Origin: a virus
Lineage: Duplodnaviria > Caudoviricetes
Strand: one strand, 5' to 3'
DNA length: 64,000 nucleotides
IMG/VR virus record: IMGVR_UViG_3300002900_000020
Coordinates: 750 to 64,749 of that record
In this document: one piece after another, positions 54,408 through 62,989 of the stretch
How the letters are laid out: the number at the start of each line of letters is the position of its first letter
How positions within the stretch are numbered: position 1 is the stretch's first letter
Translations under genes and position numbers: made by a program
The notes under the pieces: generated by a model
The model's database searches: none
Told to the model about the DNA's origin: nothing
The model's input: the letters and a program-made list of their open reading frames with translations, nothing else

Positions 54408-55045
54408 TGCTGGACCACCTCACTTTCCCCGGTCCTCTTATTCACCCAATAGGTCATATCAGCAGCATCGGCCAGAGCGGGATTATGGGTCACTAGAAAG
54501 ATTTGCCGTCCGGTCTTTTGTGCATAGGTCTTAACAAACTGGGCCATTGCCTGAGCGTATTCAGCCGAAACCATCTTTCCTGGTTCATCCCAAACCACAG
54601 GTCCTTCCACCCGGGGCCTGGTCAGTTCCATCATGGCCACCCTCAGGGCCAGGGAAACCACATCGGTGATTCCCCCACCCCTGGCGTCCTCCGGATCAGC
54701 CTCAACCGTCATATCACCATACCGGCTAATAACCCGCCATTCGGCGGTAGGTTGCCCCTTGTACTCGCCCATGAATATCTGGAATTCCAAATCATCATTC
54801 GGGATAACCGCCTGGAGGGCAGCTGTTACTGTCTCTTCAATCCTCAGCTTCAACTGCTCCCTGGCATACTCACTGGTCTTTCTGAATAGGGCCTGCACCA
54901 TTTCCCATGTATCAATATCATCCTTGGCCTGGTCTAAAGCCGTTTCGGTCTCGGCCAGCCTTTTTTTCAATAGGTCCCTGGCCCCCACCCCCTCAGAGTA
55001 CGCCGCTTTCATCCTGCCCAAGGACTGTTCAATGGCCGCAACCAT
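54404..55045 (-). CDS. SbcC/Rad50-like ATPase, C-terminal half
   Basis: Signature-like RGGG, Walker B VVWDE, H-loop LVTH; no Walker A. Confidence 0.85.
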   Translation of the reverse strand: MVAAIEQSLGRMKAAYSEGVGARDLLKKRLAETETALDQAKDDIDTWEMVQALFRKTSEYAREQLKLRIEETVTAALQAVIPNDDLEFQIFMGEYKGQPTAEWRVISRYGDMTVEADPEDARGGGITDVVSLALRVAMMELTRPRVEGPVVWDEPGKMVSAEYAQAMAQFVKTYAQKTGRQIFLVTHNPALADAADMTYWVNKRTGESEVVQQ

Positions 55046-55048
55046 GGT

Positions 55049-55297
55049 TTACACCACCCTGTATTGGGCCGGGATAAGCTCCTCCGCCTTGGCTAAATTA
55101 GCTTGGATATTAGTTTCCAACTCAGCTATTGCCTCGGCCAACTTATCAGGCTCCACACCCAGGGACCGGATTTCCTCATCAATTTCAGCCAGCCGCTTTT
55201 CAAGGTTTTCCTTGTCCCGTTCGGCCCCGATTCTCTCGGTATTGGCCTTATCCAAAGCATCCTTAAGGATGTTAATTCTTCCAGTATAATCAGACAT
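55049..55297 (-). CDS. Coiled-coil protein between the SbcC halves
   Basis: 82-aa heptad pattern. Confidence 0.75.
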   Translation of the reverse strand: MSDYTGRINILKDALDKANTERIGAERDKENLEKRLAEIDEEIRSLGVEPDKLAEAIAELETNIQANLAKAEELIPAQYRVV

Positions 55298-56742
55298 CAG
55301 ATTACCTCCTTCAAATTATCCTCACTTACCTGGCTGCCACAGAACCGGCACCGACCAGACTCTGAGAGGGTTTTCATGTATTCCGCACGGAGATTATTCG
55401 CATCATTACTCAATGTCCAGATGCGTTTCTCCGTCTTAGCGATTGATTCCAGTAACTTACCCCGACCAACCGCCAAGGCTGATAGTTTAAGCAGTTTATT
55501 AGCTTCCGGTTCTGCCTCACGGATTATGTCATAGCCTTCCTGGATGGAATAAGTGACTTCCAAAATCTCCACAGTCTTTTGCTGCCGGGCCTGTATTTCA
55601 GCCCTGCTGACGGACAATGCTTGCAGTCGGGTTAACATCAAATCCGCCTCAGCGACTTGCCCGATTATTGTTGCTGCTTCCGGAACTCCCTCGCTCAGCC
55701 TCAGTTTAGCAGTAACACTGTTCAAGCCAATAACCACCCGATTACGTTGATCATGCAGTTGCTCTGCAACTGCCAATGTTTCGTTATCAGCCTCCGCTGC
55801 TCCGATTGCCTTGGCAGCCTCATCTATGTTTTTAGTACTTTCCAAGATACTATTGGCCCTATCAAGCCGCTTGGCGATATCGTCTCGAAGTTCACTCCGA
55901 CGAATCAACTGACCCAGGTTATAATCAGCTTTTTCCAGTACAGCCACCATTGATTTAACCTGTTCGATAAAGCCTAACAGATTTAATTTGGTAACGGTTT
56001 GCCCAAGAGCGAAAATAACCTCGTTCCGTTTCACAATGAGACTGGCAAGAACCTTTCTCCTAGCCTCAGCCTCCCTGATCTCAGTCAGCAACCCTTCAAC
56101 CTGAGTAACTGCTTCGCCCAACTCTTCCAAATAGGCATAATCCTCGGAAATCTTAGTCTCCAGGTTCTCAATCTCATCACTTAGGCGGTTCACATCCTGG
56201 CGCCGGTGGTAAATATCAGCAGCCAATCCCTTGGCTGCATAATCCACCTCTTCGGTACCGGCCAGCTTACCAAGTACCTTGGCCCTGGCCGGGGCTGAGA
56301 TATGCTTACTCCCCAGAAACGGCCCATCCAACTGTTCAGCCAGATTAAGGTTCAGGGAAATATCCCCTATTGCTACCGGTCTAACCCCTGTGGCCTCCTG
56401 TACTTCGAAGGGGACAGTGGTTCCAAACCCTTCGTAATCCTGGGGTTCTTTGCCTGGCAGAGTTACTGTGTAACGGTTAATACCGCCAATACTCCGGAGC
56501 CTTGTCACTTCAGTACCATCGTCATACTTGATGGATACCTTGGCGAATTTGGCCCCTATGCGGATAAAGTCAATACCCCATGGGATGTTGTAGAACACCC
56601 ACCGCAAGGCCCGGATGATGGCCGTTTTCCCGGAGTCGGTCGGCCCTACGATTACGGTCATTTGGCCGTTGGGGGCCGGTTCCAGGACTGTTTTAACATG
56701 GGACTGGAAGTTCTCCAGTATAATGCTTTTTATTGCTTTCAT
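55297..56742 (-). CDS. SbcC/Rad50-like ATPase, N-terminal half
   Basis: LENFQSH, GPTDSGKT, AEQLD, long coiled coil, terminal zinc-hook CRFCG. Confidence 0.9.
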   Translation of the reverse strand: MKAIKSIILENFQSHVKTVLEPAPNGQMTVIVGPTDSGKTAIIRALRWVFYNIPWGIDFIRIGAKFAKVSIKYDDGTEVTRLRSIGGINRYTVTLPGKEPQDYEGFGTTVPFEVQEATGVRPVAIGDISLNLNLAEQLDGPFLGSKHISAPARAKVLGKLAGTEEVDYAAKGLAADIYHRRQDVNRLSDEIENLETKISEDYAYLEELGEAVTQVEGLLTEIREAEARRKVLASLIVKRNEVIFALGQTVTKLNLLGFIEQVKSMVAVLEKADYNLGQLIRRSELRDDIAKRLDRANSILESTKNIDEAAKAIGAAEADNETLAVAEQLHDQRNRVVIGLNSVTAKLRLSEGVPEAATIIGQVAEADLMLTRLQALSVSRAEIQARQQKTVEILEVTYSIQEGYDIIREAEPEANKLLKLSALAVGRGKLLESIAKTEKRIWTLSNDANNLRAEYMKTLSESGRCRFCGSQVSEDNLKEVI

Positions 56743-56770
56743 GTGTACCTCCCTAAACCGCCGAAAGATA

Positions 56771-56989
56771 TTAACTAGCGTACCGTTCTAACACCCGCTT
56801 AACGGCCTCTTGCTCCGTCAAATCTCTTCTGTGCATCTCCCTTTTAACGAAACCGCACATAGTGCAGAAATTGCTAATGGTCTTTTCGCTGGGTTCAGAT
56901 AAAGTTCTCTTTTTATACCAGTCGATGTAAGCTGAAACTATGTTGCAATTCGGTCGGTCACTGCAGGTCCTTGGTGTCTTTTCGTCCAT
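56771..56989 (-). CDS. Hypothetical protein
   Basis: 72 aa; GAGAGG RBS. Confidence 0.6.
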   Translation of the reverse strand: MDEKTPRTCSDRPNCNIVSAYIDWYKKRTLSEPSEKTISNFCTMCGFVKREMHRRDLTEQEAVKRVLERYAS

Positions 56990-57004
56990 GGCATTAACCT
57001 CTCT

Positions 57005-57043
57005 TATGGAATTGATTTATGGAATTGATTTATGGAATTGATT
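57005..57043. repeat. 13-nt tandem repeat TATGGAATTGATT x3
   Basis: Three exact copies with no spacers. Confidence 0.95.
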
Positions 57044-57149
57044 GGCGGGGCAAGTTTGACGGAAGGCTTCATATATCTTTTCCCGACTGCCGTCATCACG
57101 GGTACTCAACACGGTTATCGCCTGTCTTGCCCCGCCCAAAATTTACTTC

Positions 57150-58013
57150 TTAATAAGGCTCTTCCTCGGTCTCAGCACCCGCAGCGGCTTCCCTGGCCCC
57201 AGGGCTCTCGGGAGCAACCTCATACTCGCTGCTCTCGATGGCCACGGCCCTCATTACCGGCTTCATGGTTTGAATATAACTTTTCAGCACCAAGGCTTCT
57301 TCCTTGCTCAAATCCCCATCCTTAGCGAACACTGCCTCACTGTATATAATTCCGTCAGTATTGTTGGCTTTTTCCAACTTAATCTTGGTAGTCACCGCAT
57401 AAAATGGTTTCATCCTGGCTGTCAACCGCTTCAAGTAATCCTTGAGGTTTCCGATACTGGTCGGAGGCAGCGGAATCAGGCTGGGTAAAATCTGCCCTTC
57501 CTGGAGCAGGTACACTCGGTATATATTCTTGCAGGCCTTTCCTTTCGTGGGCACCTTCTCATTTGTCTTAGGGTCAATCTTCCACCCGGAACCGAACTGG
57601 TTTTTGGGGCAGGTGAGACAACTACCGGCAGGGGTGATTGCCCCAGTTTCAGGATCTCGTTTCTGACCGTTCACCGCATCCAGAGAGTAGCAATCCGGAG
57701 GATTGTTCTCCCCGTCAAAGGGCTTCTCCCAAAAAGCGTTGACCAGATAATGATCCATGATCACGCCTTTTAATTCCTGGGCGATTTGGGGCTTCCCGTC
57801 CTCAGTGGGAATCTCCCAGGCAATACCTCCGCCGGAAGGCATCTTAATTTTTTCGAACTCGAAGGTGGTGCCGGTCTCGCCTAAGTTGGCATCAAAGACC
57901 TCCTTCATTTCCACCAGGTCGACCTCGCCGGCCAGTACCGGCAGGTTGATGGTGGGGGTAGCAACCGCAATAGCAGTTTGTTGGTTGGCAGTTTTAGCAA
58001 TTTCAGTCGACAT
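57150..58013 (-). CDS. Putative ssDNA-binding/annealing protein
   Basis: KIKMPSGGG, GKACKN, LPPTS motifs; acidic C-terminus; next to SbcCD genes. Confidence 0.6.
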   Translation of the reverse strand: MSTEIAKTANQQTAIAVATPTINLPVLAGEVDLVEMKEVFDANLGETGTTFEFEKIKMPSGGGIAWEIPTEDGKPQIAQELKGVIMDHYLVNAFWEKPFDGENNPPDCYSLDAVNGQKRDPETGAITPAGSCLTCPKNQFGSGWKIDPKTNEKVPTKGKACKNIYRVYLLQEGQILPSLIPLPPTSIGNLKDYLKRLTARMKPFYAVTTKIKLEKANNTDGIIYSEAVFAKDGDLSKEEALVLKSYIQTMKPVMRAVAIESSEYEVAPESPGAREAAAGAETEEEPY

Positions 58014-58058
58014 GAATTATCATCCTCCTAAGTTTTTGTTTATGTTCAGTTACCCCGC

Positions 58059-58550
58059 TTACCGGGTCAAGGCAGTCAATTCAGCAACAACAAGATCAGC
58101 GGTTTTCAGGTGGGCAGTATATTCATCCTGCAGCCTCTCAACGTCTACCTGGGCCTTGTCAATTTCAAATTGAATATCATCGTATTGCTTTTGGGCCTGC
58201 TTCAAGGCTTCATGGGCTTGCAGACAATCAGGGTCAGATTTGCACCTTCTTGCCAATTCGGCGTTCCGCTTAGCGTCATTGGAGAATTTAGCCTTTCCCG
58301 ACTCATCTTTTTCCTCGGCTATCTCCATCATCAGCATGGCCTCTGCACTTTTCAGATTATCCTTTGCCGAATCCAGCAGATCCTTGGCGTTTTTAAGGCT
58401 CTGTTTCAAATTAACGACTTTCAGCTTGGCATCATTGATTTGTGCCGGCAGAATCAGGATATTGGTCTTAATAGGCTGGATACCGTACTGGGCCTTAAGC
58501 TGCTTAACAGCCTCCCCAATCACAGACTCAATCAAATCCTTGATATTCAT
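58059..58550 (-). CDS. Coiled-coil hypothetical protein
   Basis: GKAKFSNDAKRNAEL motif; GAAAGGAG RBS. Confidence 0.7.
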   Translation of the reverse strand: MNIKDLIESVIGEAVKQLKAQYGIQPIKTNILILPAQINDAKLKVVNLKQSLKNAKDLLDSAKDNLKSAEAMLMMEIAEEKDESGKAKFSNDAKRNAELARRCKSDPDCLQAHEALKQAQKQYDDIQFEIDKAQVDVERLQDEYTAHLKTADLVVAELTALTR

Positions 58551-58592
58551 TGTCAAATCGCTCCTTTCGTGGTACACTTTAAGTAAATTAAA

Positions 58593-58886
58593 TCAATTTT
58601 TTCTCCGAACCGGTGGCTCCCTTAAGCTGCCGGTTCTTTTTGCCTCGCCTTGCTCCACAGTCACCTCCTTAATCAGAATCCGATGGGCTTCATCTACACA
58701 CCGTTCAGAACAGAACCCCTCTCCGGGAAAGTAGTCTGAGACGATTATTCCGCTATCCAGAGCGCCGCACCGGCAGCGAAGTTTCTGACTGTTCGGTACC
58801 TCGCTGCAGTACATCTCCCTTAAGAAGTCCAGGGCCGCATCAGCCTCCGGGAACTGCCGACCGGCAGCCTCACAGATCTTTGACAA
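58593..58886 (-). CDS. Cys-containing hypothetical protein
   Basis: CRCG...FCSERC; GGGGGAGG RBS. Confidence 0.6.
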   Translation of the reverse strand: MSKICEAAGRQFPEADAALDFLREMYCSEVPNSQKLRCRCGALDSGIIVSDYFPGEGFCSERCVDEAHRILIKEVTVEQGEAKRTGSLREPPVRRKN

Positions 58887-58906
58887 GGAACCCTCCCCCC
58901 TTCTTC

Positions 58907-59257
58907 TTAATTAGCATCTGCAGGTGATGGAGCAGGTGAAACGGTTTGCCCTGGAAGTGGATTTTGATGATCAGTTTGGGTTTCGTCATTTGGCACCTCC
59001 TCGGGTAAGTCGTAGAACAGGTCCATAGAGAATTTGTCTTTTTCGACTATTGACCAACCAAATGGTTTCCCGTCGCTATACTTGCTGGTATGTTCTCGAG
59101 GTTCTTCGCTGAACTCTTGGGTCAGAATTTTGTTTGCTTTTTTCTGGTCAATTATGTTGTAACTGCTATGGGCACTAACTTTAACGCTGCAATCAAGACC
59201 GTATTTCTCTTTAATCAGGGCTTGGATTTCCCGGGCTTTCTTAAGTATCTCTGACAC
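58907..59257 (-). CDS. Hypothetical protein
   Basis: 116 aa; GGAGG RBS. Confidence 0.65.
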   Translation of the reverse strand: MSEILKKAREIQALIKEKYGLDCSVKVSAHSSYNIIDQKKANKILTQEFSEEPREHTSKYSDGKPFGWSIVEKDKFSMDLFYDLPEEVPNDETQTDHQNPLPGQTVSPAPSPADAN

Positions 59258-59272
59258 TTGGTTACCTCCCTC

Positions 59273-59594
59273 CTAACTGACTTTAGACAAGAGTTGGGTC
59301 TGCTTTCTTAACTCATCCTTTATCTCCTGGAGCAGCTTAACTGCCTGATCTTGTGAACTGTTATGCTTATTTACTGCCAGACTTATCTCCCCGGCCACCG
59401 CCGCCAAAACTTCTGCCGGGATATCAAGGTTTTGGCTTACCTTTTCAAGCACCGACTGGGTGACTTTCTTGGTCTTGCCGGTTTCAAGTCTCCAGACGCT
59501 CATATGGCTTAAGCCTATTTTCTTAGCCATTACACGGAGAGAGGCTCCACTTAGGTTTCCTTTGGGTCTGTAGAAACTGTCCGAACTGAGACAT
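59273..59594 (-). pseudogene. XRE-family HTH gene broken by a 4-nt expansion in a CT tract
   Basis: Strong RBS then MSQFGQFLQTQRKPKWSL; removing TCTC at ~59537-59543 joins it to RVMAKKIGLSHMSVWRLETG. Confidence 0.75.
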
Positions 59595-59612
59595 TTCTTG
59601 TTTCCCCCCCTC

Positions 59613-60170
59613 CTACCCGGCCCTGGCAGCTGCTACCTCGGCCAACTGAGCCGCTAATTCCTGGCCTGCTGTATTCATGGCCACAACCTCCGCAATAAAG
59701 TCCTCCGGTATCAGCTGGGGCCGTAATTTCAATTGATGATGATACTTACTATGTAGACTTCCGCAGGGGAACACGAACAGGTTCTCCCGGCGGTTGTCTT
59801 TTTTGTTACCGTTTCTGTGATGGACCTCCTCTTCCGGGGTCAGGTATCGTCCAAGCAGCTCCTCAGCCACCAGGATATGCTCCATGATGTAACCTGACTT
59901 AGTAGCCCTTGGGTGACCCGGTGGAGCTTTCACCATCACATAACCCTTGGTGCAGACCGTTCGCCCCCCTTTCCAGTTGTGGTTATTGGCCCCGGACTGT
60001 GGGGGCGGCTTACCGGGAACTAATTTGCCGGTGTTAATTCTGTGTTGGCAGCTGCAGGATCTGCTGCAGTATTTCCTGCCCCGGTTGACCTCTTTTTGGA
60101 GTGCCTGGTATTGTCGTTTTGGCCGGGGGCATTTGGGGTTGGTACATTGAGCTGTTACTGTTTTAGGCAA
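59613..60170 (-). CDS. HNH (HNH_3-type) endonuclease
   Basis: EHILVAE...VHHRNGNKKDNRRENL; N-terminal YCSRSC. Confidence 0.92.
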   Translation of the reverse strand: MPKTVTAQCTNPKCPRPKRQYQALQKEVNRGRKYCSRSCSCQHRINTGKLVPGKPPPQSGANNHNWKGGRTVCTKGYVMVKAPPGHPRATKSGYIMEHILVAEELLGRYLTPEEEVHHRNGNKKDNRRENLFVFPCGSLHSKYHHQLKLRPQLIPEDFIAEVVAMNTAGQELAAQLAEVAAARAG

Positions 60171-60193
60171 TGGTTATCGCTCCCACTAGAAAC

Positions 60194-60412
60194 TTAACTA
60201 AACTTTCTGCCTTCAAAGAACTCATCAGTCGTGAACCCTAATACATCGGCCAGCTTTTTTAAAACATTTATGGATGGGTTTTTTTGACCTCTTTCAATTT
60301 CTGATAAATGACTCTGGCCGATACCAACAAGTTTGGCAAGATCCATTTGGCTAATATCTTTTTTTTCTCGAAGGTGTTTAACTAGATAACCTCCTTTATG
60401 AATAACCATCAA
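60194..60412 (-). CDS. Cro-like XRE regulator
   Basis: LREKKDISQMDLAKLVGIGQSHLSEIERG; divergent from the repressor. Confidence 0.9.
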   Translation of the reverse strand: MMVIHKGGYLVKHLREKKDISQMDLAKLVGIGQSHLSEIERGQKNPSINVLKKLADVLGFTTDEFFEGRKFS

Positions 60413-60432
60413 TTTGACTTCACCTCCTTTTA

Positions 60433-60598
60433 CACTTTTAGCGTTAGTTCAGAACAAAAATAAACTCAACTATGGTTCTAATTCACTTTTAGCGTTAGTT
60501 GAGCTTAAAAAAAATTCTCCCAGCACCCTTGATTTGATTATAACACTTTTGGCGTTAAAGTCAAGCGCATTTTTAATTTATTTTCACTTTTTGCGTGA
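60433..60598. promoter_or_regulatory. Four operator-like repeats in the lysis-lysogeny switch
   Basis: CACTTTT(A/G/T)GCGT at 60433, 60484, 60544 and 60585. Confidence 0.75.
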
Positions 60599-60700
60599 AG
60601 GTAAAATTTACATATACGTAGTATTTGTTAACTCTGATACAATTGTATTAATAATAGTAATAATATGAAAAGAAACCTAAGTTTCTTACGGGGGGAAAAC

Positions 60701-61084
60701 ATGGATTTTGGGGATAAATTACGTTCCATTAGAGAACTGAGAGGTCTATCAACAACTGAATTAGCAAAGATGTCTGGTCTCTCTCAATCGTTTATTAGTG
60801 ATATTGAAAACAAGCGGCGAACTTCTCCGACAAGTAAAACCATTACTAAGTTATCAAAAGCCCTCAGAGTCCCCTCTGCATATTTTCTCGAGGAAGATAT
60901 AATAACCCCGTTTGATGTGTTATCGGAAATCCCTGACGATGTCAAAGATTTTATGCTAAAGGAAGAGAATATGCCATACCTAAAACTAAGCAAAAAGGCT
61001 AAAGAACAAGGTATCACCCCTGAAATGCTGGACGGATTACTAAACACGCTTATTCAGGCTATGGATAGTCGAAAGAAGTCATAA
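60701..61084 (+). CDS. CI-like XRE repressor
   Basis: FGDKLRSIRELRGLSTTELAKMSGLSQSFISDIEN; GGGGGA RBS before the ATG at 60701. Confidence 0.9.
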   Translation: MDFGDKLRSIRELRGLSTTELAKMSGLSQSFISDIENKRRTSPTSKTITKLSKALRVPSAYFLEEDIITPFDVLSEIPDDVKDFMLKEENMPYLKLSKKAKEQGITPEMLDGLLNTLIQAMDSRKKS

Positions 61085-61101
61085 TTTGTCGGTAAATTGT
61101 G

Positions 61102-61128
61102 GAAGGTAAACCCTTTCTTATCTCGAAG
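61102..61128 (+). promoter_or_regulatory. SigmaH-like promoter
   Basis: GAAGGT-N14-CTCGAAG. Confidence 0.35.
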
Positions 61129-61188
61129 TAATTATGTTACAATAATTTTTAAGAACATCTGTTCGGGATAAGCAAAGGGAGGGGTTTT

Positions 61189-61302
61189 ATGGTAATTAGT
61201 ACAAATGAGGAACTTTTTGATTATCTTGTTATCGGAGAAGATGTTTATTTGGGCGCACAAGTTGAACAGGAAATAATCAAGCCAAAAGCTTCCTCGGAGT
61301 AG
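61189..61302 (+). CDS. 37-aa acidic peptide
   Basis: GGGAGGGG RBS; MVISTNEELFDYLVIGEDVYLGAQVEQEIIKPKASSE; followed by a terminator. Confidence 0.55.
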   Translation: MVISTNEELFDYLVIGEDVYLGAQVEQEIIKPKASSE

Positions 61303-61312
61303 GGAAGCTTTT
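61284..61312 (+). terminator. Terminator
   Basis: AAAAGCTTCC / GGAAGCTTTT stem. Confidence 0.7.
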
Positions 61313-61325
61313 ATTATTTTCATGA

Positions 61326-61784
61326 GGGGTTGCCGAACGAAAGGCTAAACTTGCGGAAATTGAAGCCGGGAAACAGGCCGAGGAACGGGCTGCCGCAGCC
61401 AGGCAAGCTATAGAAGATAAGATGAATATATACGAAGGTAATGGGAGTATCGTAATAGCAGTCAGCGGTTTAGAGGGAATTGACGACTCGTATCCAGACT
61501 CATATAAGGGTGATGCTTTTGTTCGTATTTATGTAAGCGCAAAAAACGTGGGCAATGATATAGCTCATGTTAATCCTAACGATTTTACCTTGTCGACTCC
61601 TGATGGGGATACCGTAAGTCATGATGTAGATACATATGGTTTGAACAATTATTTTGACGCAGTTGACCTTCGCCCAGGGAATCATACTAGCGGTTGGTTG
61701 TCTTTTCGTCTCCACTATTCTAAACAATATACTCTTAATTACCAAGGTTTTTCCGGAACAGCAACCAAAGATATAGCTTTCTAA
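61326..61784 (+). pseudogene. 5'-truncated DUF4352-like (Ig-fold surface) protein
   Basis: VSAKNVG...VNPNDFTL...VDLRPG...GWLSF; the frame opens at 61326 with a coiled-coil stalk but no RBS, start or signal peptide. Confidence 0.6.
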
Positions 61785-61837
61785 ACCCGTTTCAGATGAA
61801 ATTTCATTAAAAGAAAGTAATAGGAGGGTTAAAAACT

Positions 61838-62074
61838 ATGAAGAAAAAAATCATCTCTCTACTCTTGTCCCTGTTCATGTTCCTTGGCACCACATCTGCT
61901 TTCGCCCACTCTGGCCGGACTGACAGTTATGGAGGACATTATGTGCGAACAGCTGGCAAGGGCTACAAAGTTGGGACCTACCACTATCATAGCGGCCCAT
62001 ACAAGGGGTATACCGTGAACCAAAAAGGCCAGGTGCCTGATGCTTTCAAGAAAAAGTATAAGAAAGCAAGCTAA
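61838..62074 (+). CDS. Secreted YHYH-domain protein
   Basis: Signal peptide, AFAHSGRTDSYGGH...YHYH; AGGAGG RBS. Confidence 0.88.
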   Translation: MKKKIISLLLSLFMFLGTTSAFAHSGRTDSYGGHYVRTAGKGYKVGTYHYHSGPYKGYTVNQKGQVPDAFKKKYKKAS

Positions 62075-62080
62075 ATTACA

Positions 62081-62120
62081 AAAAGAGGCCGCGTCATCAG
62101 AATAAACGCAGCCTCTTTTT
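62081..62120 (+). terminator. Terminator of the YHYH gene
   Basis: AAAAAGAGGC...GCCTCTTTTT arms. Confidence 0.65.
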
Positions 62121-62127
62121 AAATAAA

Positions 62128-62256
62128 ATAAAAAGCCCTCAGATGAGGGCATATTTTTTCGTGGAGCCTCTGTGCCGGCTACCAAATCAGGCAGCTTATG
62201 CGTTTAAGGTGGAATCGCACGGTTGACAGAGGACTTACCCACAGCGATAACTTTGT
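62128..62256 (-). ncRNA. Candidate ~130-nt structured small RNA downstream of DUF3800
   Basis: Own TTGACA-N17-TATACT promoter; multistem fold (CCUCUGU/ACAGAGG, GUGCG/CGCAU, GCUGCC/GGUAGC); terminator GCCCUCA-hairpin-UUUUU; no ORF with RBS. Confidence 0.7.
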
Positions 62257-62262
62257 AAATTA

Positions 62263-62291
62263 AGTATATTCTACCCAGTGCGCATTGTCAA
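62263..62291 (-). promoter_or_regulatory. SigmaA promoter of the small RNA, framed by a 13-bp inverted repeat
   Basis: TTGACA-N17-TATACT; arms AATTAAGTATATT (62258-62270) / AATATACTTAATT (62290-62302). Confidence 0.8.
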
Positions 62292-62308
62292 TATACTTAA
62301 TTCGACAA

Positions 62309-62956
62309 TTATTTCCCAAACATACTTTTTGGAAACGTCAGCCTGCATGAAACCTTGCTCCAGATTGAAGTTGAAAAACAATCAGTCTGCGGATAGTTTT
62401 CCCTCCCCCATAAAGCATTGCAGATAAAATCCGCTGCTTGCAATTCAGGGTAGTTATGAGAAAGTCGATAATCAACGGAAACATCTGTAGGCAGACATTC
62501 CTCATAGTTTAATTTAATAGATAAATAATCTTCGAAAGAATTTAGAGATCCGACCTTGATACTTCTTTGATCTAGAATGAAATTCATAACTGGCATGTTA
62601 ATGCCGTTACGGAGGTAGGTTGCAAGAATACCAAGTTGATAGTTATAAAATCTATTCTGGCCAATCCCAGACCGATTTCCCCGAGGGATGTGGTTCTTAT
62701 CGGCAACAATATAAACTATTTTAATATTTTCTTTGGCTAGCCTCCTCAAAACATAATCTTTAGCAACCGGAGGCATATCACTCGCTTTAAGTTCTTTGCA
62801 CTTTCTTAACCGTGGAAATTGTTTGCATACTGCTGAAATTGTTTTTTTCATAACAGCTCTTACTCTCAAATAATTAGGAGTAATTAAACCACCTATAACA
62901 AAGAACCTATCGGTAGTATCTCCCCAATCTCCCGACTCATCAAAGATTAAGTACAT
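62309..62956 (-). CDS. DUF3800 domain protein (predicted RNase H-like fold)
   Basis: YLIFDESGD, ELKAS, ELQAADFI motifs; AAGGGG RBS before the ATG at 62956. Confidence 0.9.
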   Translation of the reverse strand: MYLIFDESGDWGDTTDRFFVIGGLITPNYLRVRAVMKKTISAVCKQFPRLRKCKELKASDMPPVAKDYVLRRLAKENIKIVYIVADKNHIPRGNRSGIGQNRFYNYQLGILATYLRNGINMPVMNFILDQRSIKVGSLNSFEDYLSIKLNYEECLPTDVSVDYRLSHNYPELQAADFICNALWGRENYPQTDCFSTSIWSKVSCRLTFPKSMFGK

Positions 62957-62989
62957 ATTAAGTCCCCTTTTTTTCAGTTGGAGACTTAT

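Noticed and set aside
54633-55289. 218-aa plus-strand ORF
   Set aside because: Antisense shadow of the SbcC parts.
57005-57043. CRISPR array
   Set aside because: 13-nt units are directly adjacent with no spacers; no cas genes in the window.
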